A stretch of 61,691 nt of DNA, filler included, from 4 parts of 4 records of this genome joined end to end with filler, not necessarily neighbours in it; one strand, 5' to 3'; positions 30,849-40,878 are shown, counted from the first letter of the whole stretch. Program-made: numbers and translations. Notes: a model not told the origin generated them from the letters alone.

Positions 30849-32251
30849 CGCGCCCCGATTTGATCGTCATCGGCGCAGGCCCTGCGGGCATGGCCGGTGC
30901 CACGATGGCCGCGCAGCAGGGCATGTCTGTGCTGGTGCTGGATGAAAACCCCGCGCCGGGTGGCCAGACTTACCGCAATCTGGGGGCTTCGACCGCCCAG
31001 CAACAGCAGATACTGGGGCCGGACTACACGGCGGGACAGATGTTGCTTGACGGGCTGGCCGACGCGCCGCTGACCCTGATCTCGGGCGCGGTGGTTTGGG
31101 ATGTGGATCAAGAGCGCACAGTCACCTATTCCAAAGATGGCAAAGCCTATCGCGTCAAAGCGGATTATCTGTTGCTCAGCACGGGCGCGATGGAACGGCC
31201 TATGCCGCTGCCCGGTTGGACCTTGCCGGGGGTGATGACCGCGGGTGCGGCGCAGATCTTGATGAAAACCAGCGGACTACTGGCCAAAGACGCTGTTTTG
31301 GCAGGGTCCGGTCCGCTGCTATACCTTGTCGCGGTGCAGATGCTGCGGGCGGGCACCCCGCCCAAAGCCTTGGTTGAAACCCAGACACCCGCAAACTATC
31401 GCGCCGCATTGCGCCATGCGGGCGGGGCGCTCCGAGGGTGGAAGGCCTTGGCGAAAGGGGCGCGGATGCTGCGCGATCTGCGCCGCGCCGGTGTGCCGCG
31501 TTACGCAGCGGCCTGCGATCTTGCAATCACGGGCGACACTGCGGCCAGCGGGCTGCGGTTTACGGCGCGGGGGCAGGTCCATCATCTGGAATGCGTAACC
31601 GTGCTGTTGCATCAAGGGGTGGTGCCCAACACCCAGATCACCCGCGCCTTGCGTCTGGATCATCAATGGCACGCGGGGCAGCGTTGTTTCCATCCGGTTC
31701 TGTCACCATGGGGGCAAAGCAGCCAATCGCAGATCTACTGCGCCGGTGACGGCGCTGCAATTGCCGGGGCCAAGGCGGCAGAACACGCGGGCCAATGCGC
31801 GGCGGCGGACATCCTGCGCAGCGCAGGCCGGATCACTGCCCACCAGCGTGATACACTTGCGGCCTCCGCCAAACGAAACCTCACGGGCGAACAGGCGCTG
31901 CGCCCGTTTCTGGATGCGCTATACGCCCCGCCTGCCGCGATTTTGTGCCCCCCCGATGCCGTAACCGTCTGCCGCTGCGAAGAGGTGAGCGCAGGTGACA
32001 TTCGCGCCTATGCCCGCCTAGGCTGCAAAGGGCCGAGCCAAACCAAGGCCTTTGGCCGAGCGGGCATGGGTCCGTGCCAGGGGCGGTCATGCGGATTGAC
32101 GGTGACCGAAGTTTTGGCGCAAGCCACGGGCCAATCGCCGCAAGACACCGGCTATTTCAAGATCCGCGCCCCGCTGAAGCCCGTCACATTGGGCGAAGTT
32201 GCCGCCCTGCACAGCCCCGCCGCCCAACAGCCAGAAGGACAAGACCCATGA
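30845..32251 (+). CDS. FAD/NAD oxidoreductase with BFD-like 2Fe-2S domain, opine oxidase A / HcnB-like
   Basis: IGAGPAG, TGAMERPMPLPGWTLPGVM, VCRCEEV, GMGPCQGRSCG. Confidence 0.9.
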   Translation: MTRPDLIVIGAGPAGMAGATMAAQQGMSVLVLDENPAPGGQTYRNLGASTAQQQQILGPDYTAGQMLLDGLADAPLTLISGAVVWDVDQERTVTYSKDGKAYRVKADYLLLSTGAMERPMPLPGWTLPGVMTAGAAQILMKTSGLLAKDAVLAGSGPLLYLVAVQMLRAGTPPKALVETQTPANYRAALRHAGGALRGWKALAKGARMLRDLRRAGVPRYAAACDLAITGDTAASGLRFTARGQVHHLECVTVLLHQGVVPNTQITRALRLDHQWHAGQRCFHPVLSPWGQSSQSQIYCAGDGAAIAGAKAAEHAGQCAAADILRSAGRITAHQRDTLAASAKRNLTGEQALRPFLDALYAPPAAILCPPDAVTVCRCEEVSAGDIRAYARLGCKGPSQTKAFGRAGMGPCQGRSCGLTVTEVLAQATGQSPQDTGYFKIRAPLKPVTLGEVAALHSPAAQQPEGQDP

Positions 32252-32598
32252 TCACCCGCAGCCACACCGCCCAGCGCATGAGCAAGATCACGATCCACAA
32301 TGAAACGGTCTATCTGTGCGGTCAGGTTGGCGGGGCCGATGGCGATGTTGCGGACCAGACCCGCGAATGCCTGCGCCGGATCGAGGGCTTGCTGGCCGAA
32401 GCCGGATCAAGCCCCGTACATATCCTGCAAGCGGTGATCTGGCTGGCGGATATGTCAGATTTTGCGGCAGTGAATGCCGTGTGGGATGATTGGGTGCCCG
32501 CAGGTGCGGCCCCGGCCCGCGCCTGTGGTGAGGCGGCTCTGGCGCGGCCAGAACTGAAGGTGGAGATCATTATCACGGCGGCAGTGGCGAAACCCTAG
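32248..32598 (+). CDS. RidA/YjgF-family protein
   Basis: RMSKI...VYLCGQV, NAVWDDWVPAGAAPARAC, VEIIITAA. Confidence 0.9.
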   Translation: MITRSHTAQRMSKITIHNETVYLCGQVGGADGDVADQTRECLRRIEGLLAEAGSSPVHILQAVIWLADMSDFAAVNAVWDDWVPAGAAPARACGEAALARPELKVEIIITAAVAKP

Positions 32599-32724
32599 CC
32601 AAAAACGTGCAGGCGCAACGATGCAAACTGTGCCTGCAAGGTCATCCGATGCGGCATTTGCGATGTTAATCAATGATTGCAGATCAAGGACGTGCTGCTA
32701 AGGTTCCCCGGCTAGAGGGGGATT

Positions 32725-34854
32725 TTGGTGCAGGACAGAGCAAAACGCGTTTCCATTTTCGGCGGCGGCTGCGCAGGCATTGCGGCCGCGTTTGAGCTGA
32801 CACGCCCCGAACATGGCGGCGCATTTGATGTCACGATCTATCAGATGGGTTGGCGGCTGGGGGGCAAGGGCGCCTCTGGACGTGATGCCGCCACAGGCCG
32901 GATCGAGGAACACGGGCTGCATCTGTGGATGGGGTTTTATGAAAACGCCTTTCGCTTTATGCGCGATTGTTACGATGAGCTGGACCGCCCCGAAGGCCAT
33001 CCGATGCGCCGCTTTGAGGATGCGTTCAAGCCGGACAATTATGTGGGCGTCACCGAAAAGGGGCTGGATGGGCAATGGTCGAACTGGTCGGCTTACTTTC
33101 CCCCTGCGGCGGGCCAGCCGGGCGATCCGTTTGCCCTGCGCAATCCGTTTTCCGTCAAAGGCTATCTGACCCAATGTCTGCATCTGCTGCGCACCTTGTT
33201 GCTGAGCGTTCAGGACAAGGGGCATCTGCCCAGCGCTGAGGGCAGTCCGGCCTCGCTGACCGGGGCGGCGGCGTCTTTGATCACCTCGCTGTTGTCCACG
33301 GTACGTTCTGATCTGACCGGCACGGCGAAACGTGCGGCGCGGTACGGGCAATTGGCGCTGGGGGCTTTGATCCTTGAGGCGATCTCGGTCTTGCAAGGAT
33401 TGATCGACGGGGTGACCCGCAATGGCGATGCGGCCAAGCCTGCAGGGCTATTGGATCAACTGTCCGGCGCGATCCGCTATCAGTTTGACCTGTTGCTGGC
33501 CACGGATCCCGAGGTGCGGCGGATCTGGGAGATCGTCGACACTGTGCTGGCGATCATCCGCGGCTGTCTGCGTGAGGGCGTGCTGTTCTCGCCGCAGGGA
33601 TTTGACCTTCTGGATAAATACGACTGGCGCGAATGGCTCAAATCCCACGGCGCAGCGCAAGCGACCATCGACAGCGCCTTTATCCGCGGGTCATACGATC
33701 TGCTGTTTGCCTATGAGGACGGTGACATCAGCAAGCCGCAACTGGCCGCCGGTCAGGCGTTGCGCGGGGCGATGCGGATGTTTTTCACCTATCGCGGGGC
33801 TTTGTTCTGGAAGATGCAGGCGGGCATGGGGGATGTGGTCTTTGCCCCCGCTTATGAGGTGCTCAAGGCACGCGGTGTCAGGTTTGAGTTCTTTCACAGG
33901 CTAGATGGCATTCATCTGTCAGACGACAAGACCCATGTTGAGACATTGGACGTGACCGTGCAGGCCGAGGTCAAAGAGGACGGCAGTTATGATCCTTTGG
34001 TGGATGTCAAAGGTCTGCCCTGTTGGCCCTCTTTGCCCAACTACGACCAGCTCAAATACGGCAGGCAATTGGCCAAGGCCGGTTGGAATCCTGAAGAGGC
34101 CGGTGACGACCGCATTGCCGATACCAAGACACTGAAAGTTGGGGAGGATTTTGATTTTGCCGTTCTGGCGGTTGGCTTTGGCGCGGTGCCGGGCCTGTGC
34201 CGCGAATTGATTGCGGCGGACCCGAAATGGAAACGTATGACCGAAGAGGTCAAAACCGTTGCCACGCAGGCGTTTCAGGTCTGGTTGACGGAAAATGTCG
34301 ATGATTTGGGCTGGGACGAGCCGCCGATCAATATTTCCGGCTATGTGGAGCCTTTTGATACATGGGCCGACATGCGCCAGTTGATCAAGGTCGAGGATTG
34401 GCAGGACGATCCCAAATCCATCGCCTATTTCTGTTCGGTCTTGCCCGACACCCAAACCGGCGAGAATGCCCATGAGATCGTCCGCCAAAGTGCGATCACC
34501 TTTTTGAACCGCGATGTGGCGCATTTCTGGCCCGGCGCTGTGAACGAGGATGGTTTTGACTGGGATCTGCTGGCCGGTGCAGAGGGCCGCGGCGAGGCGC
34601 GGTTTGACAGCCAGTTCTGGACCGCCAACACCGCCCCCACCGAACGCTATGTGCTGTCCCTGCCCGGCAGTCTGGAACACCGGATTTCGCCGCTCGACAA
34701 CCGGTTCGACAATTTCACCATTGCGGGCGACTGGACGGGTTGCGGCCATCAGGCGGGCTGTGTCGAGGCGGCGGTGATGTCGGGCCTGTTGGCGGCATCG
34801 GCCCTGTCAGGTGCACCGCGCCTGAGCCAAATCATTGGATATGATCACCCATGA
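32725..34854 (+). CDS. FAD/NAD(P)-binding oxidoreductase related to carotene-desaturase/HpnE flavoproteins
   Basis: GGGCAG dinucleotide motif, GWRLGGKGASGR, IEEHGLHLWMGFYENAF, C-terminal AGDWT...GCVEAAVMSG. Confidence 0.82.
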   Translation: MVQDRAKRVSIFGGGCAGIAAAFELTRPEHGGAFDVTIYQMGWRLGGKGASGRDAATGRIEEHGLHLWMGFYENAFRFMRDCYDELDRPEGHPMRRFEDAFKPDNYVGVTEKGLDGQWSNWSAYFPPAAGQPGDPFALRNPFSVKGYLTQCLHLLRTLLLSVQDKGHLPSAEGSPASLTGAAASLITSLLSTVRSDLTGTAKRAARYGQLALGALILEAISVLQGLIDGVTRNGDAAKPAGLLDQLSGAIRYQFDLLLATDPEVRRIWEIVDTVLAIIRGCLREGVLFSPQGFDLLDKYDWREWLKSHGAAQATIDSAFIRGSYDLLFAYEDGDISKPQLAAGQALRGAMRMFFTYRGALFWKMQAGMGDVVFAPAYEVLKARGVRFEFFHRLDGIHLSDDKTHVETLDVTVQAEVKEDGSYDPLVDVKGLPCWPSLPNYDQLKYGRQLAKAGWNPEEAGDDRIADTKTLKVGEDFDFAVLAVGFGAVPGLCRELIAADPKWKRMTEEVKTVATQAFQVWLTENVDDLGWDEPPINISGYVEPFDTWADMRQLIKVEDWQDDPKSIAYFCSVLPDTQTGENAHEIVRQSAITFLNRDVAHFWPGAVNEDGFDWDLLAGAEGRGEARFDSQFWTANTAPTERYVLSLPGSLEHRISPLDNRFDNFTIAGDWTGCGHQAGCVEAAVMSGLLAASALSGAPRLSQIIGYDHP

Positions 34855-35576
34855 CCCAGACCCGTTTGCGCCGCCCTGTTCCTGAACGCACCACCCCGAA
34901 GCGCGGTGTATTGGGGGCCTTTGGGCAAAAGGAATGGGGCCAAACCGGGCAGATCGCGCCGGAGTGGGGCGCACAGCCTACAGGGCATCCTTTGGGGCTT
35001 GGCGGCGCGGAGACAGACACGCCCTTTGATTTTCTGGATGATCAGGTGCGCGAGGCGGCGCAGGTTGTGGATCTGCATATCGAGGGCGAGGCCGCCGATC
35101 AGCCGGACACCGGCCTGTGGGGCGCTTTGTCTGCGGGGTATGGCGGGCTGAGCACCGCGGATCTGTCCGCACTGGCCACGCAAGTTACGCGCACCTATGC
35201 GGATGTTGCCGCGCAATGGGTTGATCTGGCAGGCACCTTGAAGGACTACCTGACCCGCGCGGCGGTGCCCCCTGCCCCGGCATCCCCGCAGGGCACGCAC
35301 CATGCCGCCCCGACGCTGAGCCTGCGTGCCGCATGCCCAGTAGAAGTACGGGTGGAGATGTTTCGCACGGGCTTGGCGTTGACGGCGCAACCATTGGGGT
35401 CTGACAATCCGGCACAACCGGCGCGGATCACCGATGTCTCCGTGACCCACAACCGTTTGTGCATCAGCGTTCCCCATGATCAGCCGCCCGGCACCTACTA
35501 TGGTCTGCTGCTCGAAGAGGGCCAAGGTCCGGCGGGCGTTGTCACGCTCGAAGTGCTGCCCGAGGGGGCCACATGA
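34851..35576 (+). CDS. Hypothetical protein
   Basis: ATGA overlaps with both neighbouring genes; C-terminal beta-rich segment ISVPHDQPPGTYYGLL. Confidence 0.75.
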   Translation: MTQTRLRRPVPERTTPKRGVLGAFGQKEWGQTGQIAPEWGAQPTGHPLGLGGAETDTPFDFLDDQVREAAQVVDLHIEGEAADQPDTGLWGALSAGYGGLSTADLSALATQVTRTYADVAAQWVDLAGTLKDYLTRAAVPPAPASPQGTHHAAPTLSLRAACPVEVRVEMFRTGLALTAQPLGSDNPAQPARITDVSVTHNRLCISVPHDQPPGTYYGLLLEEGQGPAGVVTLEVLPEGAT

Positions 35577-36613
35577 ACGCAGGCGGGATTGATACGGTCA
35601 CCCCTCTGCTTGAGGAATACGGCGCATTGACCCGTGCGGCGATGGCCGATTACCTGCCCCAGCGCGAGCCGCGCGCATACCTCTATGATCCGCTGGCGGA
35701 TTACCCGACGCGGGGCGGCAAGATGATGCGCCCCGCCCTTTGCATTGCGACAGCCTGCGCCTTTGGAGCGGCGCCGGACCGCGCGGCCAAAGCCGCCGCC
35801 GCGATCGAGATGCTGCACAATGCCCTGTTGATCCACGATGATATCGAGGATGAAAGCGAAGAACGCCGCGGCAAGCCGACCTTGCATATGCTGCATGGCA
35901 CACCCATTGCGCTGAACGCCGGGGACGCGCTGGCGATGTTGTCCTTGCGCCCGATGCTGGACAATGCGCGGATGCTGCCGCCGCCCGTCGCGCTGAACCT
36001 GTTGCACGACATGGAACGTATGGCGCGGTTCTCGGCCGAGGGACAGGCGATGGAACTGGGCTGGCGGGCCAACCCGGACGTCGCCGTCACCCGCAACGAT
36101 TACCTGCAAATGGTGCTGAAAAAAACCTGCTGGCTGGCGGCGATCTTTCCCTGCCGGGTCGGCGCGATGCTGGGCAAGGCCAATGGCGGGCAAGTGGCGC
36201 AAGATGCGTTCATCCGCTTTGGCTATTTCTTTGGGGCGGCGTTTCAGATCCATGACGATGTGCTGAACCTCAAGGGCGGCAAGGTCTATGGCAAGGAAAG
36301 CTGCGGCGATCTGTGGGAGGCCAAGCGCACGCTGATGCTGATCGACATCGCCGGGCAGCTGACCGGCACCGACAAGGCCCGCTTTGACCGGTTTATGGCG
36401 CAGCCCCGCGAGGAACGCGATCAGGCGGATGTGGAATGGCTGCTGGCACTTATGCAGGACAGCGGGGCAATTGACCGCGCCTTTACCTTTTCCCAAAGCA
36501 TGGCGGGAGCCGCCATCCATGAGTTTGGCCGCCTGTTCGAGGCAGTGCCTGACAGCCGGGACAAGACCTTTATCCGCGATCTGGTCACATGGACGTTTCG
36601 GCGTGACCACTAG
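35573..36613 (+). CDS. Polyprenyl diphosphate synthase family protein
   Basis: GGKMMRP, LIHDDIEDESEERRGKPT, GQAMEL, KKT, FQIHDDVLN. Confidence 0.92.
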   Translation: MNAGGIDTVTPLLEEYGALTRAAMADYLPQREPRAYLYDPLADYPTRGGKMMRPALCIATACAFGAAPDRAAKAAAAIEMLHNALLIHDDIEDESEERRGKPTLHMLHGTPIALNAGDALAMLSLRPMLDNARMLPPPVALNLLHDMERMARFSAEGQAMELGWRANPDVAVTRNDYLQMVLKKTCWLAAIFPCRVGAMLGKANGGQVAQDAFIRFGYFFGAAFQIHDDVLNLKGGKVYGKESCGDLWEAKRTLMLIDIAGQLTGTDKARFDRFMAQPREERDQADVEWLLALMQDSGAIDRAFTFSQSMAGAAIHEFGRLFEAVPDSRDKTFIRDLVTWTFRRDH

Positions 36614-36646
36614 CTGTGTAGACTGCCCCGCAGGGAGACCCCAATC

Positions 36647-39600
36647 ATGACAACGGCAAACGCACTGGCGGCATTCCTGATCCAACACGGGCTGGAGCAA
36701 TACGCACAGGTGATGAGCGATCAGGATCTTACCCTTGATGATCTCCGCGACCTGACCGAGGCGGACCTACGCGAGCTGGGTCTGACCATCGGGCACCGCA
36801 AACAATTGCGCCGCGCCTTGGACACTGCCCGCGACGAGGCGCTTGCCCAGCGCCGTCAGGTGACGATCTTCTTTTGTGATCTTGTTGGATCGACCCAGAT
36901 TTCCGCCCGCTATGACGCCGAAGATATGTCGGATATTCTGGAGCGTTATCACGCTCATGCCGCTTCGGTGATCCGGTCCTGGGGCGGGATGCCGCTGGGC
37001 ACGCAGGGGGATGGTGTGGTGGCCTGTTTCGGCTATCCCAAAGCCTCTGAAAACGATGCGGAGCGTGCCGTTTCCGCGGCGCTGGAAATTTCGCAATCCT
37101 TGCGGGAGTTGCAGTTTGGTGATGGCTTGGTCCTGAGCAGCCGCATTGGGCTGGAGACCGGGCGGGTTTTTGTGCGCGGGCCGGTGTCGGATTCAAGTGC
37201 GCTGGTCGGGGACACGCTGAACACGGCGGCGCGTCTGCAGGACGAGGCCCCCGCCAACACGGTGGTGGTTGGCAAGAACACCCACAGTCTGATCCGCAAT
37301 CTGGCCGATCTGGACAATCTGGGCGACCGCCAACTGCGCGGTTTTGATCAGCCCGTGACAATCTGGCAGGTCAACGGGATGCGCGATGTGTCCGAGCGGG
37401 ACAATGCACAGGATAACGGCGAGATTGACCTGCTGGGCCGGGACGCGGATTTTGACCAATTGCGCGGGCTTTGGGACACCGCCAAAGGCGGCACGGGGCA
37501 GGTCTTGATGTTATCGGGAGGCGCGGGCATCGGGAAATCAACCCTGCTCAAGGCGTTTCGCCGCCATGTTCGGGCCGAAGGGGCACAGACCTTTCGCTAT
37601 TTCTGTGCGCCGGGGTATGAAAACAGTGCGCTGTATCCCATTCGGGCCCAGCTTGCGCATCTGACCGGCCTGCGCGGCCCAATAGATGCCGATGACATCG
37701 CGCCCAAGATCATGGCCCGTGTGGGCGATGATCCAACGGCCGTGCGGCTGGTGGCCGACCTTCTGGCGCTGGACCCCGGCGCGGCCGTGCCGCCGCTGGA
37801 CATGACCGCGATTGAGCAAAAGCAGGCCACCTACGGGTTCTTGATGCAGGTCGTGACGCAGGAGGCCAGCAAGGCCCCCCTGTTGATGGTGGTGGAAGAT
37901 GCCCATTGGGCCGATCCCTCGACGCTGGAGCTGCTCCAGGTGATTGTCGAACAGGTCATCGCGCCGCTGCCGATCCTGTTGATTGTCACCCAACGCCCCG
38001 AAGGCGAAGTGACACTGGCCCCTGCCGCCCATGTGTCCTCTCTGGCGCTGGACCGGCTTGACCGCGCAGAAAGCCTGAAACTGATCGCCACTGTGATGGG
38101 AAACAGCCCCTGCCCGCCCGAAATCCTGCACAAGATTCTTGAGGCCTCCGATGGTATCCCGCTCTACCTCGAAGAGCTGAGCCGTTCCGTCATGGACCAC
38201 CCCGGCAGCGCCAGCGGGAATTTTGCCGATGTCGATGTGCCCATCACCCTCGAAGACAGTCTGATGGCGCGGATTGACCGGTTGCCGCAGGGCAAATCGG
38301 TGGTGCAAACCGCCGCCGTCTTTGGCCGCCGCTTTGCCACGCCAACGCTGCGCACGGTGCTTGAGATGGACGAAGCGCCCTTTGCCAGCGCACTAGTCGA
38401 GCCGGTCAAGGCGCGCATCTTGCTGCCCGAGAAAGACGCTCAATCCCAGACCATGCAGTTCCGCCACGCGCTGGTGCAACAGGCCGCCTATGGACGGCTG
38501 GCCCGCAAACAACGCCAGCAATTGCATGCAAAGATCGTTGCCTTGCTGCTGGAACATCAACCGACACTGGCCGAAACCGAGCCGGAAACACTGGCCCGGC
38601 ATCACGCTGGTGCCAAACAATACGGCGAGGCGATCAATTTCCTGATCCTGGCGGGCAAGAAAGCCGCCGCACGGGCGGCGCAGGTGGAGGCAACCAATCA
38701 CTACCTCACGGCACTGGATCATCTGGAGCATCTGCCGGAGGGACGCGCCCGCGACGAACAAGAGGTGCTGTTAAGGGCGCTTTTGGGGGCCGCGCTGATG
38801 GCCACACGCGGCTTTGCCGCGCCTGAGGTCTATGATGCCTTTGCCCGCGCCCGCGCCCTGTGTCTGAGCCTGGGCGACAATGTGATGTATTGTTCCTGCC
38901 TGTACGGGCTCTTTACAGTTGCTGCCTCCCGCTCTGACCGGGATGAGGCGATGGCGCTGGCCCGTGAGATGCTGGATGGTTTTGGCGAATGTCCAGTCCC
39001 CTCATGGGCGATTGCAGCACATTTTGCGATGGGGGTCGCGCAGACCTTTGCCGGAGAGCTGGACAATGCCGCCGGCAGTTTCGACGCTGCTCTGGCGCTC
39101 TACACACCAGAACAGCACGGGCCACTGGTGGAACAATTTGGCGATGATCTGGCCGAATTTTCAATGTGTTACATGGTCTGGATACACACCATGCGCGGCG
39201 AGATAGATCAATCGCGAGATCTGATCGCAAAGGCCATTGAGATGGCGAGTGAGTTGAACAACAAAAACGCCCTCACGCGCAGCACCTCGTTCCAGATGGG
39301 CCGCATGATGGAGATGGGCCTGCTTGACGAAGTGGCCAAGACAGCACCGCGTGTGATCGAAATCTCGACCTTGCAGGGCTATCCCTACTGGGCCTGTGCG
39401 GGCCGTATCGGGCTTGGCTTTACCATGGCCAGTGGCGGCGATGAGGCGGGCCTGCCCCATATCGCCGAAAGCCTCGCGTTCTTTGACATGATCGGCCAGC
39501 GCACGCCGCAGACCTATTGGCGCAGCTATCTGGTGGCCGCATTGACAGCCCTTGGCCGCCCGGACGAGGCAGTGGCAGCGGCGGATGAGGCGCTTGCGAT

Positions 39601-39901
39601 GTCGCGAAGTGGTTTGGACTGTGCGTTTGAGCCAAACCTGCTGTGGCGGCGCGGTCAGGCATTGCGCCAGATCGACGTGGCCGCCGCCGAGACCAGCCTG
39701 CGCGACGGCATGGCCGTGGGCGCAAAGATCGGATCACATTATTACGCCTTCCTTTGCGCCTTGGAATTGGCCGAACTGTTGATTGCCGATGGACGCAGCG
39801 ATGCAGAAAACGGGGCGCTGGCCGCCGCGATGGCGCGGATCAGCAGCAGCGAGCCGATCCCGGCCCTGACCCGCGCGGCGGAGGTTTTGCGCGATTTGTG
39901 A
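36647..39901 (+). CDS. SAM domain / class III nucleotide cyclase / STAND-like ATPase / TPR-like multidomain protein
   Basis: SAM (LTEADLRELGLTIGHRKQL); cyclase FCDLVGST, GDG, GDTLNTAARLQ; Walker A GGAGIGKST; Walker B VVEDAHWAD; helical C-terminus. Confidence 0.9.
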   Translation: MTTANALAAFLIQHGLEQYAQVMSDQDLTLDDLRDLTEADLRELGLTIGHRKQLRRALDTARDEALAQRRQVTIFFCDLVGSTQISARYDAEDMSDILERYHAHAASVIRSWGGMPLGTQGDGVVACFGYPKASENDAERAVSAALEISQSLRELQFGDGLVLSSRIGLETGRVFVRGPVSDSSALVGDTLNTAARLQDEAPANTVVVGKNTHSLIRNLADLDNLGDRQLRGFDQPVTIWQVNGMRDVSERDNAQDNGEIDLLGRDADFDQLRGLWDTAKGGTGQVLMLSGGAGIGKSTLLKAFRRHVRAEGAQTFRYFCAPGYENSALYPIRAQLAHLTGLRGPIDADDIAPKIMARVGDDPTAVRLVADLLALDPGAAVPPLDMTAIEQKQATYGFLMQVVTQEASKAPLLMVVEDAHWADPSTLELLQVIVEQVIAPLPILLIVTQRPEGEVTLAPAAHVSSLALDRLDRAESLKLIATVMGNSPCPPEILHKILEASDGIPLYLEELSRSVMDHPGSASGNFADVDVPITLEDSLMARIDRLPQGKSVVQTAAVFGRRFATPTLRTVLEMDEAPFASALVEPVKARILLPEKDAQSQTMQFRHALVQQAAYGRLARKQRQQLHAKIVALLLEHQPTLAETEPETLARHHAGAKQYGEAINFLILAGKKAAARAAQVEATNHYLTALDHLEHLPEGRARDEQEVLLRALLGAALMATRGFAAPEVYDAFARARALCLSLGDNVMYCSCLYGLFTVAASRSDRDEAMALAREMLDGFGECPVPSWAIAAHFAMGVAQTFAGELDNAAGSFDAALALYTPEQHGPLVEQFGDDLAEFSMCYMVWIHTMRGEIDQSRDLIAKAIEMASELNNKNALTRSTSFQMGRMMEMGLLDEVAKTAPRVIEISTLQGYPYWACAGRIGLGFTMASGGDEAGLPHIAESLAFFDMIGQRTPQTYWRSYLVAALTALGRPDEAVAAADEALAMSRSGLDCAFEPNLLWRRGQALRQIDVAAAETSLRDGMAVGAKIGSHYYAFLCALELAELLIADGRSDAENGALAAAMARISSSEPIPALTRAAEVLRDL

Positions 39902-40874
39902 TGCGGCCCGCCCCTCTGCGCTTGTTCTGGGCGGGACAGGCCATATCGGCGCGGCCATTGCGCGGCGCTTGGCCGAGGCCGGATATCGCGTCACCGCCAC
40001 CGGGCGCAGCGACAAACCAAGGCCCAATCTGGCAGGCACAGATGTGCGCATCGCCGTGGGGCAGGATGCTTTGCCCCTGATTGCGGGTATGGATCTGGTG
40101 GCCGATGCCGCAACGCCCTATCCGGTTGCCCTTCACGGGCGTGACACTGCGGGCCGGACCAAACAGGCGGTGCTGCGCAGCAAAGCGTTGCTGGACGCCG
40201 CCAAACAGGCCGATGCAGCCTTTGTTCATATCTCGTCCTTCACCACCTTGCCGCGGCCAAACCCATCCCCACTGTCGCAGATCGGACAGGGTGTTCTGCG
40301 CGGAATGCACGATTATTTCGAGGTCAAACAACGGGTTGAAGACAGCGTGCGCCGCGCCCTGGATCAAGGGTTACGGGGCTGCATTGTAAATCCGACAACC
40401 TGTTTTGGCCCCTATGATCTCAAACCCAAAGAACAGGCCTTTGTCCCGATGTTGTTGGGCGGGCACGTGCGCGGATTGGTGCGGCATGATCTGAATGTGG
40501 TGGATGTGCGTGATGTCGCGGACATCGTCCTGGCCTGTGCCGCGCAAGGGTTTCCCCATGTGCAGGTGCCGGTGTTTGGCCATACCGTTTCCCTGCGCAA
40601 TCTGGCAGCGCAAATCTGCGCCATCACCGGTGCGGCCCCGCCCCGTTTGGAAGTGCCGTCCCTGATGGGATTGGCGGGCCTCTATTGGATGGAAACCGCC
40701 TTGGCCCTGACAGGGCGGCAAAGCCCTTGGCCAAGCCTGCCGATGATGTTGGTCAGCGCCAGCTATGCCGCAACGCCCGCAGCGCAGCAGCTCGACCTGC
40801 ATCCCAACCTGCGCCCCTTGCCGCAAACCTTGCAGGACGCGGTGCAATGGTATCAACAGATCGGCGCGGTCTGA
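39894..40874 (+). CDS. NAD-dependent epimerase/dehydratase (HpnA/DFR-like) with an anomalous 5' end
   Basis: In-frame LVLGGTGHIG lies upstream of the listed TTG at 39969; FVHISS, YFEVK (YxxxK), VNPTTCFGPYD, VDVRDVA. Confidence 0.8.
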   Translation: MCDAARPSALVLGGTGHIGAAIARRLAEAGYRVTATGRSDKPRPNLAGTDVRIAVGQDALPLIAGMDLVADAATPYPVALHGRDTAGRTKQAVLRSKALLDAAKQADAAFVHISSFTTLPRPNPSPLSQIGQGVLRGMHDYFEVKQRVEDSVRRALDQGLRGCIVNPTTCFGPYDLKPKEQAFVPMLLGGHVRGLVRHDLNVVDVRDVADIVLACAAQGFPHVQVPVFGHTVSLRNLAAQICAITGAAPPRLEVPSLMGLAGLYWMETALALTGRQSPWPSLPMMLVSASYAATPAAQQLDLHPNLRPLPQTLQDAVQWYQQIGAV

Positions 40875-40878
40875 ACGA

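Noticed and set aside
29465-32251. Hydrogen cyanide synthase hcnABC
   Set aside because: Same families, but gene order and linkage to an importer, LysR and RidA favour catabolism; the substrate cannot be assigned from sequence
32725-36613. Standard carotenoid or hopanoid cluster
   Set aside because: No crtB/hpnCD, crtY or shc in the contig, and the flavoprotein is longer than typical CrtP/CrtQ/HpnE
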